NCBI GenBank assembly: GCA_973895155.1
Contig: OZ316897.1
Coordinates: forward strand, 4,665,876 to 4,729,875
Direction: 5' to 3'
Length of the DNA stretch: 64,000 nt
Source: Marsupella aquatica
Lineage: Eukaryota > Plantae > Marchantiophyta
In this document: positions 38,200 through 51,682 of the stretch, piece by piece
Position numbering within the stretch: the first letter of the stretch is position 1
Layout of the letters: every line of letters starts with the position of its first letter
Notes under the pieces: generated by a model
Databases searched by the model: none
What the model was told of the DNA's origin: nothing
What the model saw: the letters and a program-made list of their open reading frames with translations, nothing else
Made by a program: the position numbers and the translations under genes

Positions 38200-40225
38200 A
38201 CTACTTAGAGACTTTACCACAGTGAACTCTAATTTTCTATGATTTGAGCCCATGGTCCCGCCCATGGTATGCTGTAATTGTGGCGAGATAGCAGTTTGCC
38301 CACAATCTGCGCGTGAGAAATATGGCACCAAATGTAGTTGTGGATACTTTTTGACTGCAGTTGTTAAGGGTTAGGTCCCCGGTTGTCTGAAGTTTAGAGG
38401 TGGGGCTGCTATCTCCTTACTGTTCATCATTACTTTGTTGAGCATTTTCATCCATGCATTTCACCAGCGACAAATCTGTTCCTAGATCTTCCCTCAGTGA
38501 CAAATACTTTGCTAAATCTGTCCACTTGTGCTCTAACATTATTAAATGTTTTCAGCCTTAATAGCACACAACCATTAATGACAAGCAAGAATCCAAACAC
38601 CTGTCAAGTTTTTCAAAATCCTTGAAAAGTCTGCCCTTTTTTAATTTGAGTTGCCTTGCTTCTAGTGCTAGCAATTGAAGAAACTGTGCATTATGCATCC
38701 CCTCAACAAAACAACAAGGAACTTAGGAGTGATTTTAAGTGAATACACAAGAATAAGCAATAAAATATCAAGAATGATTGATGACAACGTTAAATTCTTA
38801 CACACCTTGTGGGCTTTCCCATCAAGTATCCTGGCCACATCTTAAATCCATGTGCAATTGCATCTCGTTTTTGGGCATGCTATATCCTGTGGCTGTAACC
38901 TACCACATTTTGAAAATTGTCCACTTCACACAGATCCCCTCTATGCCAAAGATGCATAGTGACATTGTCAACTCCAGACACTGATATCCATATGTGTACC
39001 TCAACATTATAGTGCCACCCAGGTAGCATGCAAATGCTGACCAAAAGACACTCAGCCTCCCAACAACCTCCATTACCTTATATTCCCCCAAACCTTATGA
39101 CATACAGAAGTTGTTATGAGAAAATGCAAAACAATGAACATGATCTGGATCATGTTTTGTGAGGACAATTTATCAATAAACGTTTAAAGACACCACACAT
39201 ATTTTAGTCACATCGTTTTTGTAATCCTCAGTAATCAGAGTTTTGGCCGGCCCTAAACCAAGTAGATAATGGTTTGGTCAAGTTGCTTGCACCCATGGAT
39301 AGGTTCAGGTAGACTACAATTGCAATGCAGGGTTATGCCATGAATGGGTTCAAGTTCTCATATGCCATTATTGATAGTACACTATATAATGCCCAATACA
39401 AGAACATTTCACCAGAAACTATAGGGGGGTTGATTGGGTTTCAAAAATAGTGTAGAGGGGTTAAAGGTTTCAAAAATAGTGTAGAGGTGTTAAATTAAAC
39501 CTGAAACTTACATTGAGGTTTACCTCCAATTCCACAGGAGGGATGAAGGAAAGGAAAGACTCTCATGTTGCGAATTAAAACTTATGTAATAATTGTCAAA
39601 AATCTTCATTCTGAGCTGGTCAGATGCCTTGTCTATCAGGGGACTTCAAAACTTGCTTCACAAACTACTTATCGCACATACTAGGTAGCCCCATGAGATA
39701 AACCCACATAGACGTTTTCAGAAAAAATAAGAACTCAACCCAACCTTGGCCTTTGGGATCTGGACAGTCATTTCTAATTTCTGTTACCTGCGTTCTCTAT
39801 CCCTAAGAAAATATTCTCACATGATCTTGGCTCCCATTCATCCACATCACCATAAATTCTTAGGAGTGTGAAATAGTTTCCATTTCCTCGTGGATAGCAC
39901 TTCCCACTCGAGTCTCGTGCTTTGTACCCCATTTGTCCATATCTATACAAACGAATATGTAAGACAAAACCCAATCACTTGAATTAATTGGACATGTAGT
40001 AGTGATCCAAACTTTGGAGCCCTTCAACAGTATGTCTTATCCCACAACACCACCTAGACAAATGTAGACCTTGGCAAATGCTAGCACACTGCCATCCTGT
40101 CCATGATCCTTGCAATGCTTGTCACTTGGATCAAGAAAAAAAGCACAATTACGTGGATGATCGCAATATGGTAGTGGCTTCAAGTTGGTATACTCATCGA
40201 AGTACTTGTAAATGTCTTCCACTAC
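38200..40225 (-). pseudogene. Decayed multi-exon gene, product unknown
   Basis: Exon-like blocks with splice-like edges at about 40220-39980, 39942-39788, 39093-38806 and 38530-38240, with protein-like translations and few stops. Confidence 0.3.
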
Positions 40226-41159
40226 TACAACGTGAACTGTTCAAAACTCAAAAACATCCTACCTAACAGTACTACAACGTGAACTCCAGAAACTGAATGC
40301 TAACTAATCAGGTTTATCAAACCTGGAGGCAACATATTATATATGTTTCCAACTGGGGCTAAGTAAGACTTTTCGTATTGGCAACTGTCCATTTGTAGTT
40401 GGGATGAGATAGTAGTAATTTTTCAATACTCGGGTATCCTCTTGCATGTAGATTTTCCATAAACTAAGTTTCAGTCTAAAAATAAATGCCTATATCTAGG
40501 TATCCTACGTGTACCATAGTCATAACCAGGTTTGGCCAAAAGATGACATTCCAAAAACGATGGTGGAAAATAAGTGCGCAGTTTGGGGAATTGGGGAGAC
40601 AATTGATTCGAGACTCAACAGCCTGAAGAACTTTGCATGAAGCATGCGCCTCGGGAAATTGTGTTAAATTTGAATTTGGCAGTGGAGACGGTGTGAGGTT
40701 AACTTGTGGACAATGACAAGAGTCCAATCCAGAGAAACTCATCAGATATTTTGACTCTTGGATCATTTCACGCTAATCAAAGTTGCTTTGATTGATTGAC
40801 ATTGAAAGAAGATGACAATATAGTTGTTAAAACTTAAAAGAATAACAAAATAAGTAAATGCAAAAAATAGATAAATTAAATCTCGAAATTTTTAGTGACC
40901 ACCGGCGAGACTCTCGAAACAAGGAAGAAATAAGTTTGCAATTGAGAAACGCGAAACTAGTTATCATTATGATAACTGCTATTGTCAGGTCTCCCTAGAT
41001 TTGTGGGGAACCGTCAAAATTCTGGCTACCAGGTCGTGACTAGTAAAGAAAGGATTGAGCGAGTTAGTAGTACCTTTTCTTCAGGCAAAAATTAAACGAG
41101 TAAAAAAAACACCGACCCATCCCCTGTCCTCCGGATAGTAATCGGATTGGGGCCCGCCC

Positions 41160-41760
41160 AACACAAATGTGGGGCCTTCTCCAGCTCTTTGACAGTCATA
41201 TCCGGTTGGCCTGTAATGAATTCAATCTCTTTTGCAAAACGCAGCAGTTCTTCGACGAACACGTTCTAGTGACGTACACGTACACCCTTGCGAGTGATAT
41301 CTCCCATACAAAGGGGACTAGAATATGATCATTTTCTCCCCATTGCGTATTCCTTCCTATGTTTTCGTTCAAGAAACATCGAATCTCCGGCGATCCGCAT
41401 GCTTCGAGAGTCAATATGCTGTGCTCCAATACTAGGAGAAGATTCCACGTGGTGTAGCATGCCACAGCACTTCATCTTGCCTTGAAAGTTCTTTTAATAT
41501 TCCCCAAGAAAAGTAGTATACGTCGAGGTCCTCAGGGAATGCTACTCCTTTCGTTCATGCTTGCCCGGCGGCTAACTAGCTCACTTTGGACTCATTCTCA
41601 CTTTGGTGCAAAATGATGTGGGTCTGCATCGTCGACTCCTCCAGATATGTGGCAATGTCCTCCACGGAAGAGCTCTACCTCGCCGCTGTTCACCGGCCAC
41701 TTTATGAAGGGGAACATTTCTCTTTTCAGGGCCTCCAGACAATTTTCTCTTCGTGACCTT
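41160..41760 (-). pseudogene. CpG-retaining decayed coding fragment, product unknown
   Basis: Joined frames read LEALKREMFPFIKWPV / SSVEDIATYLEES...FPEDLDVYYFSWGILKELSRQDEVLWH / VFVEELLRFAKEIEFITGQPDMTVKELEKA. Confidence 0.3.
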
Positions 41761-42087
41761 TAGTATGCCATCTACTCTACAGCTTTGCCTTCTACTGTTG
41801 AGCTTTACAGGCTTTTCAGTAGGGCTTTATTTCCTAGTCATTGTGGATGCCTCTCAGGCTTTTTGGCCCTTTGGTCCTTTATTGGATCTGTTGCCTTTGG
41901 AATCCCGTCCCAAGGTTTAACCTTTTTGGTTCTTGAGAGTGTGATATACATTCTAATAGGAGTTGCTATGGAAAAACCACACAACTGGTTTGCGGGCAAG
42001 GATAACTCCTGGTTTGTGTTGAACATCTCTAAGAATTTGACAATTGTCAAGAGTTCTGCCACTGGGCAGAACTCATAAGCTCCAACA

Positions 42088-42330
42088 AAATCTCCATCCA
42101 AATCTTTGAACTGGAATGGATCTCAAAATGCTCCTTGTATGAACCTTGTATGAAAGAAAAGCTTATTTACTCTAGCTAGATGTCATTCTAGTGAAACACC
42201 TGTTTGAGTAGACACATAACCTCTGGGAAATCTCCATCCCAACCTTTGAATTGGAGTGACCTTGTATAAAAAATAAATTATTTACTCTAGCTAGATGTCA
42301 ATTTAGTTGCAACACATGTTTGAGTAGAAC
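42088..42330. repeat. Diverged ~140-bp tandem duplication
   Basis: aaatctccatcc...ccttgtat...ttatttactctagctagatgtca...tgtttgagtaga occurs twice. Confidence 0.8.
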
Positions 42331-42924
42331 CCATGCAAGCTCAAGAATCCTATCCAAGCAAAAGTCTTGGGATACAAAACAAGCTTATAGACAAAATGGA
42401 AGGCATGTTTATTGTTGACAACAAATTGAAGGACACCCTATGAAGGTAAGAGTAATCAATATTTAGAGCCACAAACATGAGGGCAGAGTCAACTTTGGCA
42501 CACAGCCAAGAATGAGGGAGACAAACCCACCCATGGAACTAGGCAACAAATAAATCCTTCCTTCTACCCAATCATAGCTCCCTTAGATTATGAGACATAC
42601 AGCTAACATGTTATGTGAATTTTTACATGATATAGAACCTTCTTACATACCATTGTTGTCAACTATGTAGTTACTCGTTTCATGTATGAGTGTAGTCAAC
42701 ATTTTTTCTGGGCATTTAATTATGGGGCACGGGAGTCTCTATGAGATATTGAGAGATATATTTAGTAGACCACATTAATCGTTGGAAATGACCTTTCACC
42801 AAATCCATCCATCAAGGCCCCAAGTTCTCCTGCAATTCCATCAAATTCCTTTCATTTATAGTTTTATCAATACATGTGACACAGGCAATCTGTCACTTAC
42901 CATGGATCAATTAGTAGATTATGA

Positions 42925-45900
42925 TGTATATGGTCATTAGGTACGTATCCGTATAGCTAGGAACCCCGCTAGGAACAGTATGCATATGAATTTTAGTAAT
43001 TATGATTAGGTTAGGGATAGGTTAGTCAACATAATGAGTGCCGAATGCAATGCACACTATTATGACCATTTGCTATACTATGACGACGGCGGAGTGACAG
43101 TTCATCCTGGTAATTCACACTTGGACCGAGGCAGCCGTGCTCAATTGGGAGAATGGCGGTTGCAGGTACTCAACGATCTCACGTCCAAACTCCTCCAGGA
43201 GCCCCCCTAAGAACCCCTTTTGGTGGCTTGGCAGCTCATTTACCTCGCTCTTTGCCATCATGTCGCATGCTCCATGTTCGTTTGCACTTATTACGCTCAG
43301 GTTTTGCTCAGGATCAAACTTGGTTTGTCAAGGAAAATTGAAGGATAGTGCACATGGTAGTGGAATTTAGTTGGGCGTAGTATAAGGAGACGATCAGGAG
43401 ATAGCGGACCTGCCCTGCAGAGGAGCAAATGTGGCGAGAGAGACAAGCTCTATCAACGGACAAAGTAGATTAATATGACCCTTACCGCTCTCGGATTCTG
43501 GACCCTATTTGGGGAGGTAGCAGCAAAGCTATGGGAGACTTACTGGTATTCTTGAAGGCTGCATATGAGCAAAGGTACACTAAATTGATGATTAAGGTAG
43601 CGCAAATCAATTGCAAGAAGGTCGTTATCACCAAGGATTCAGGATACAACAAGACCCAAGCTTACATTACTGAGCTATTCATCAACAACGAGGGCTTTTG
43701 GTTTGTAACTGAGGCAATTTTGGTGGTATCAACGGAGTATTTCAAGTTGCCCAAGTGGCAAAAGCTTACTCAGGCGGAGTATGACAAGATCCCAAGCTAC
43801 ATTAAGCAACAGCTTGCGGTCAAGCGGAGGGAGGAGGAGATCAACTATCAGCGTGAGGCAGCACAAAACCTCACCTTCCTCTAAGAAAGCTCTAACATGT
43901 TTAACTAGGATATGGCTACTCTGCCAGGACCTATCCCCGCCAGCCCGCCTACCACTGGCCCGCCCAAGAGGATCCCTCCTAGTCAGGCACAGGTACGCGC
44001 TGTGGACAATGCAGATTGTTCTTTGGGATTGGCCAGTGAGGGTAGTCCGCACCTGACACAGCGGGTGCAAAAGAGGACTAGAACGATGCAGGGACCTAAA
44101 CCACCTGCCCAAACTACTCTTGCCCCGTACCAGTTTTTGCCCCGGCCAACCCCCCGGCCAATCCCCCATCCAGGAAGAGACCCGCCCCCTCAAAGCAACC
44201 CTTGCTACCAAAAATCTGCATACCCAAGGCGTTGTGGCAGACAATCAAGTCCCCAGCCCACGTGGACTATCTCAAGGAGCATCAATTGGACAAATTTGCT
44301 GAATTACCCTAGCAGCCTACCACCTTCGGAGCAAGGGAAATGCAAGAGTTCATTGACCCCTATTGTGGTGCCCGCACTGCCTCCAACTTGACCACCCCCG
44401 TTTCTACCACCCCTTACGGATCCCATTCCCTCTCCCTTGCCAACTACCAAGGAAGCAGTATGCCCCACCCATGGAGGAGCCTTACATTATGGCTCAGACC
44501 GTGGATGAGTATCAAGTGGTACCTCCCACCTTAGCCCACAAGTTGGTGCAAAAGTTTAGTTAGGACCTCTTGGTGGAGCTGGTAGAGTTCATAGCCCGTC
44601 AAGTCACGGACCACTTCCAATCGGCCTTCTTCACTTTGGAGCACCATCAGCTGGCTTATGGCCCTCGCACAAGACAAACTCATGGCCAAGGGGAATGAGA
44701 TTGGGGCCCTCCAAATGACCGTGGAGCGCCTGGAGTTAGCAACAGCAACCATCCAAGGGGATTTGGTCCGTGTCTCAGACCAATGGGAAGGACTAAACCA
44801 AGAACTACTTAAGGTTCAAGACAACCTTAAAGAACAGAAGGTTGTCATGCTTGGATTGAGGAGGAGTCCGTGGCTTGGGTTATGAGCCTAACCAACCTGA
44901 ACAACCAGTTTGTGCAGGCTGCTCGGCTGCTGAACATTGTCACCTTGGATCAAGATAAGTGGTTGGCGCAACATCAGGCCAACCTTAAAACGATTGGCAA
45001 ACTCAACCAGGAGGTGGTGCGTCTACAAGAAGGGGTGGATGAGATCTCCAACAAGGCAGAGGAGGCAATCCGGGACAACCAAGCCCTGCAGTCTTGGGTT
45101 ACTCTGCTGATGAGCTAGTGAGGCGTGGCAAGAAATGCCTCTAACCAAGGTGGCTCGAGGTGCCAGCCCGACAAGATGACAAACAGCATAGCACAAGCAA
45201 GGGGTGGTTAGAGGAAGGGGCAGTCGGTCAGCTGCAAGATAGAGCAAGAGGGCAATTGGCATCTTTTGGCTAACTTCAGCTGCAGGACAGCTGCCATTAG
45301 ACGTTGATTAGCAGCGCAGCAGATAGGGTTAGGAGGGAACTTAGGACCACCAAGCGTAGGATAGGATGCCAATCAACATGTTATAAGCGATTGGTAGTAT
45401 GTTCTAGGGATTAGGGTTGCAGTCAACTACGCCAGCATGCTGACAGTCAACTAAGCTAACTTGCTGATGGTCAACCGCGCCAGTTTTGAAGGCCACAACT
45501 AGTTAGGTACTTAGGCAGGGATTACGCAGGGGAGGTAGTGTCTCCTCCGACCCTTTGGCAAGTAGTATTTAAGGACCCCCCTTCCCGCATGGAGTGGGGC
45601 TTTTTGGTTTATTTCAGTAAGCAAGATTGCTATTGCATGGGGAGTATTGGCCTGAGTAGGACTAGAGTGCACTAAAGAGTCAAGCTTGTCAGGCAAGTGC
45701 AAGACAAGGTCTCGTAGAGAGTGGGCATCAACTGCCATTAGGCGTGCTAGTCGCTTGGCTAGCCGCTTAAAAGTCAAGTCAACTATGTACATGTCACTGT
45801 GTTTTTTGAGTAAACATAGTCTTTGCCTCCCGCTTTGCCTCTGATCTTTGTGAGTAAATTGTGTATTGAGCATACCTTACCTTTAACAAAGGTGTCATTT

Positions 45901-48238
45901 CAAAAGATGCACCGGGTGCGAACTAATGGTTGGGATTGTAAGGAAGATAATGTTGAGTACGTTGCAAGTTCTTATTGTTGGCAATGGCTTGGAAGTCCCC
46001 AAGCCAAGAGTTAGTATGAGTCACTAACTATGGGTGTATTCTAGCCGTGGATTCCAAACATACATATATACGATAATAGTCCAATTTAGGGTGGTACGAG
46101 TAAAAACCCACTACTACACCCCTCCTTGCCCGAAACCTCACCCTTACTGGTGGTTTTGCGCACTTAAAGAGTGTAACCAAGCTCACCCAAATACATAGCT
46201 TCCAAGTCCAGCCTTGCTTGCATGTAGCTCTTTAAGTTCTATTGCTTTAGTTAGTCTATGTGAGATCACTCAATTGGAGTCCCCCCGCTTCTACCGGGGC
46301 TGGCTCTATATACTCACACATTGAGACCAAATGGTTGGATGCTATGCTGCTAGAGCCCCATCCCTGCCCTAATAGTGTTGCCATTATCTCTAACTACTCA
46401 AGCCTAACTCAACTTTATTTCTATCTCCAAGATTGTCCATGTACTTTGAATTTGGCCCTTCTTCACAATTTTTGTGAGCTTGCACCTCTTCTCTCAATTT
46501 CTCTATTCAACCAAGTGGTGGACCTTGCCACCCAGCGCCCTCACCAATCCCAGCACTCACGCCTAAGTGCCCCTGGTGCCCAAACGCCTCAACGGAATAC
46601 CTCGAGCAAGTAAACTAGTGCCCCTTGCACCGCCAGCGGCCCCTCCCATACGAAGCTGCACTTGCTCTCTAACACGACCGCTACTCAATGGTCCTCCCTA
46701 TCTGCACAAGCAACCAAACACCTCAGTAAGTAACCCTGCAGGATCTAGAACTCACCCAGTCTAGCATCCTACTCAAGCTCAACACACATTGGTAAATAGG
46801 TTAGCGATAGGTCCTCCCAATGCCATAAGCCGGAACCAGAACCCACGCCCACTGTTCGTCCAGAACAACTCCTTAATTGGGCCCGGCCCGGGTTCCCCCT
46901 TGTACCTATCCATCACCAACTGACCGCCCTGACCCCAGGACATGCTCATGGCCCAAATAGCGTAGCTTGTCCTAAAGCTTGTCCCAAGCTTGTCCTAACG
47001 CGCCGGGACCAGAATGCCCCCGACCCTAGAATCCATTCCCGGTTCACCTCACTGATGATCTAGGAGCCAAACACTCTTGGGACTCAACCTCCACACCTAC
47101 TTGGCCTTGACTCCCCAACGCAAGCTCCCTTGGGAGACTGAACGCGGCTTGGCTGCTGTTTGACAGGATTTGGCAAGTGGACGAGTTAACACCCGCACAC
47201 CCCAAGACCCCAAGGTACCCCCAGACCCATCTGAGCTCAGGAGGGCGTAGCCCTCTTCAAGAGCTTTCCAACGCACCCAAGAAGTACTCCAACGGACTTC
47301 CCGTTGGGAAGATATCGCCATTTCCGTTTGGTGATTTCCCTTAGTGTCGCGACCGCCACGGCTCACGACTTTGGCTCGCCCTTGGTCCCCAGGGAGAGAC
47401 CACTCCCTTCATATATGTTTTTGGAGACCTGCCACCCTCGGACCAGCTTTGGTCCCTAAACATTTGGCCCCCAACCCGGATCTTATCGCGCATAATGGGC
47501 GCTCCCTCAACTGGCAACGCCTGTAACTTTCTCGTTAGGCATCCGCAAGCGGAGTACCTTAGCCCGTTGCGATCCGGCCGACCCAGTGCTCATGCCTAGG
47601 CCCTCAGGTCTCATCGCCGCTCGGGGCCCCCAATCGGCCCAACCCGGATCGGGCCCTAACTTGCGCCCCAAGTGTCCGTCGCCCATGGTGTCAACTCCAT
47701 TGGCCTAGGGCCCAAGAGGAGCTCACACTCAAGCCCTCAGAACTCCAAGTCCATCCGGAGGTCCGGACAACCATCCTTGAGCCCGACCCATTTACCCTTG
47801 ACCCGACCAGCTATTAGCTAGTCCAAGTTCTTAGTGTGTGTCCCCAGCTCGGCTCCTTGCCTCGCTAGTGCCACGTCTCATTGCCCACAAGTCTCCCCAT
47901 GCTAAGTCCTCCCCGGATGGCCTATCCGGGCTCAGACCATAAGGGAGCTCGGCGTCGGAGTCAGCGACACCGGAGCTAAGTGTTAAGGTAGTCGAGTTCT
48001 ATGACTAACCATCTGCTGCATGGATGGAGGAATTGGAAGCTACTTGGGCTCTCCTTCCAATGAGCTCAATTATAGCCAATTTGGTCAAAGATGGAGAAAA
48101 TTATGCCCCCGTAACCAAGAAGGGGTACAAATTGCAGAGCTAACCCGTGGCCTCAAGCTAATCCACTAGCCGCTAATATGCTAACCCGCCAACTCAAGCT
48201 AAGTTGAGCCCAAATCCAAGCTGACCTATGCTCAAATG
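42925..48238. mobile_element. Decayed Ty3/gypsy-like retroelement block; no RT or integrase recognised
   Basis: GC-richer block containing a broken long plus-strand ORF and a TG...CA segment (about 45539-46118) bordered by purine tracts. Boundaries are approximate. Confidence 0.5.
43480..45300 (+). pseudogene. Broken ~600-codon ORF: globular N-terminus, Pro-rich linker, coiled coil; resembles the extra ORFs of Tat/Athila-type gypsy elements
   Basis: ORFs 43531..43884 and 43912..44391 are in the same frame, separated by only 2 stops. ORFs 44658..44885 and 44870..45118 are heptad-rich. Confidence 0.6.
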
Positions 48239-48661
48239 CTCCCCCAAATTCTCTGGGTCAACCACAAGATCAATAAATTGATCGACATGCTTTTGAATCT
48301 TGTCTCCACCAACCATTTTGAAATGCATGAGCTTCAAAATTACATACATTTGGGTTGATATCTCCAGGTTCTTGTAGTACTTGTTGTATTATGCTTGAAA
48401 CAAGTCCGTCACCATTTGTGTTGACTTTTCCTCAAATTGTGTCTTCACATTGTTTTTCAGGTTCATGCCAACAATGTTCACCTCGTGATCTTATAGATCA
48501 TTCCAGCCATTGGCTTCTATCTCCTTGGGTTGAGGTCACAATACCTTGTCTAGACCCATTGCCTTTATTGCATCCCTTAATTACGTCCGACATAGTATAG
48601 TCCATCCAACCATCAAATATTTTTGCCTCAAACCTTTGACTCCAATCCTAGTAGTCGTCAT
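48239..48661 (-). pseudogene. gag: Copia gag N-terminal fragment
   Basis: FEAKIFDGWMDY / LRDAIKAMGLDKVL...WNDL...MYVILKLMHFKMVGGDKIQKHVDQFIDLVVDPENLGE matches the copia gag pattern (EKFDG..W, GL.KAL, L..M..G..I..H...F..LV.DL); contains stops and frameshifts. Confidence 0.8.
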
Positions 48662-50446
48662 CACTAGAACGTTGAGTGTAGTGTTGAGTCTCCTTCCAAC
48701 AAGAAATAAACTTTGAATGCTGAGATGTGGGGTGTGAAAACAAAGCCAAAACTGAAAGTTGGTGAAGATTAAAACTGATCACTCACTTGTGTAGCCCACA
48801 AGATTAATTATCCACCAAAGTTTTTAAATGGTTTGTCAAACAGACCCGCAAGTGCGGAGAATGTTTACGTACTTTAATGGTACGGCCAAAAATTAAAAAT
48901 ACCCCATGAGGGAATCTTTTATACTAAAGATTCTGCTGGCATACATTTTCAAAATTAAAATCACCAATATATGCCGAATTTCCCCAAGTATACCTCTCTA
49001 AAAGTTGAAGTTTATCCAATTTTGCCTTGGATCTTTGATGTTTGGTCAAAATTTAAGCCTTCTTTTTGGGAAATTTTGCTCACCTTTGTACATTCCATGT
49101 GGGGGAAGTTCATAGAGGCATTTCCCCTACTTGAGCCATGTCAACCCCTCAAACATCTCCCTTGATTTTTTGATCTCCTCCGACGCCTACGTAAGTGACG
49201 ACTATTCATGGCAAAAAGTACCCCAGAGCATATTCACACAAATTCTTGACTTAATTTGTACCAAAATCTGAATTTTATTGTAGATTCAAAAACTAGACTT
49301 TGAGGGCACCAAGATGGACATAAAAAACTCTAAAAATTATGAAATAACGAGGGAAAAACAATTAAGCAAAAATTACTTATATTAATTTATCCGCCATTGC
49401 CAAATTTTTGAGTTCAAAACAAGAATTCAAAATGAGATTGTTTTGCAACTGCTTGACTGAATTCAACTATTTTGATATCGAAATGTTTAGAAAGACAAGG
49501 TGCTCAAGCCTATCTAAATTCCAAGTCCAAAATAGCAATTCAAAAGACTGAGATAAGATATCAAACTTATCTCTTTCCCAGTAACTCAATCTGAAACCAT
49601 CACTTGTGATTTGTTCAATTTCTAATCTCATGCCACCATTGCTTCACTAAATGAGCCCCTGCAGGTTGTGTTCTCCACACTTGTGAGAAGATTGAGTGCA
49701 ATCTTCTCCCAAGAGCTCCGTCCCAAAGAGAAAACATCTAATGTTTGCTCCACTTGAAGCAAGTTCTATGGAGTTTTTAAGGAGATAAAAAACCTGAGCT
49801 CTGATACCAATTGTGGGGATAAATCTAATCAGGCAAACACTCAAATTGTACACTTACTCATTGTTACGTGGTTCACCTCAAGGTTGGCTATGTTCACGAG
49901 AATGACAAAGCTTTATTAGCGATTTTGTGTCTACTTAGAAACTCACATTAACAAATCTCTTCCTCTTGAAGCTCTTATCTCTTGCTATGTGCTTTGTGTT
50001 CTCTCTTGAGCACTCTAGTTGTATGTTCTCACACCTTGAAAAGAGTTATGAGTCAAGCCTGCACCCAACTTGCACAAGCACAACCAATTAGTCCCCAAAT
50101 ATTGAATACAACACCACCATATCTACTATCCAACCTATTTATGTTCAGTTGATTAGAGTTATAACCTTTAAATAATGAAGAAAGCTACATTTCATAACAC
50201 AACAAAATAACACAACAACTAAACTAGCATAATTTTGAGAATTTGGTTTTACTAGCATATATTAACAAATAAAATCTTCAAAACTAAGCTGCCCAAGACA
50301 ATATCATAGATATTTACAACTAGTGGCTCAATCCAAGCCATCATTTTTTTACATAGCCTCTTATTATTGTAAATGAGCTTTTGATGTCATTCATACAAAA
50401 TTAAATTTATGCACATAAATTAAAAATTACAGAATGATTTACAACA
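48239..50446 (-). mobile_element. Truncated Ty1/copia LTR retrotransposon (5' LTR about 49812-50446, PBS, leader, start of gag)
   Basis: PBS tggtatcagagc (tRNAiMet) at 49798-49809 on the minus strand, 2 nt from the LTR end ..ccccaca. The LTR carries the ttacgtggttc...ggctatgttcacg motif common in copia LTRs. The distal LTR end is approximate. Confidence 0.85.
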
Positions 50447-50562
50447 CTCGTTTAATACATTTTGGCAATATGATCTAGCCTGTATGCAACACTCCTTTGA
50501 ATGCACTTTGACAATATGATCTAGCCCATACTCAACACTCGATTGAATGCACTTTGGCAATC
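50442..50562. repeat. ~45-bp tandem repeat, about 3 copies
   Basis: caacactc..ttgaatgcactttggcaatatgatctagcc repeated. Confidence 0.8.
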
Positions 50563-51682
50563 TGCTGTACCCCAAAGGATTGAGCTGGACCCACATACTA
50601 GTTTCATTTCTTAGGTACTACATAGAAATGGGGAGAACAGGCATGGGATCAGAGTCAAACAAACAAGACTCCTTCCATGACAAGTGAAGAGTGGTGACTC
50701 TTCACTCTACCATGGAAGGAACAAAACACTTTTTAAAGTTCTCACCCCTTGATACTCTAGGGAATGTTGTCTTTGTTGACCCTGAAAAAAAAACAATTTA
50801 AGGCCCTACCTGATGTTTCTGTTTGTACTTTGGAGAACATTTCTCCTAAGCATGTTCTACACATAACATATTTCAGTGGAGAATGTCCTGGCTCGATTTG
50901 ATGTGACCTCCCAACTAAAGGGTAGGTATGATTGTTCATTATATTCATATTCTTGTTTTTCCTTGTGCCTTTTCATTCCCAATAAGTGGGCAAACCATTG
51001 TCCTCAGTCAAGTCTCTCAACTCTGTTAAAATACATGTGTACCATATATTTAATTACATTTAATCCTTACCATTAAGATTGTTTCTTTTTCATGGACCAC
51101 ATTAATATTTGAATTGGTGGTCATTGTTTGCCATTTTTTCCATCTTTATAATTATTTATATGATATCAAAAAGTTAGATATATTTATTATTTTATCACAT
51201 TAAGATAAAAATACATATCCTTTTATTTTGCTGCACGGCAAGATAAGTAATCAGTTTCAAGAGGATGAGCTAACTGTACAGCTATGTCGGGACACACCAG
51301 AAGGATTATCCCAAAGAAAAGAAACTTGGAAGAAAAGTCATCAGGTGTTTATTCAGGAAAATGCCATCCTTAAAGGGCTTTATTTTACAAATTTAATTTA
51401 ACCTTTTGGTTGCATTTTTGCATTCCGCTTGTTGAGCAAAGACGCTACTCGCCAAAGCATGTGACCATCCAGCAACTTAGTAGACAATAACAAGACATAT
51501 GCCGGACTATGGTCTTTCCATACTCCCCGCATGCCTTAGAATATGAATGAGTATTGAGATGGGTGGTCTCATTAGTGAGCTTCTCATTCACAGTACCACC
51601 TCTCCTGTTGATCTCCCTCTTGAAACGCAAGACCCTATATGGTTTAACAGACTTCTCCACTATAACAGCAGTGTGCTCTTGA

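Noticed and set aside
47233-47253. 12-nt match to miR390 (agctcaggaggg)
   Set aside because: The rest of the 21-mer mismatches, no star arm is evident, and it lies inside decayed retroelement sequence.
47945-47992. GC-rich hairpin as a Helitron 3' end
   Set aside because: It is not followed by a CTRR terminus, and no matching 5' end was identified.
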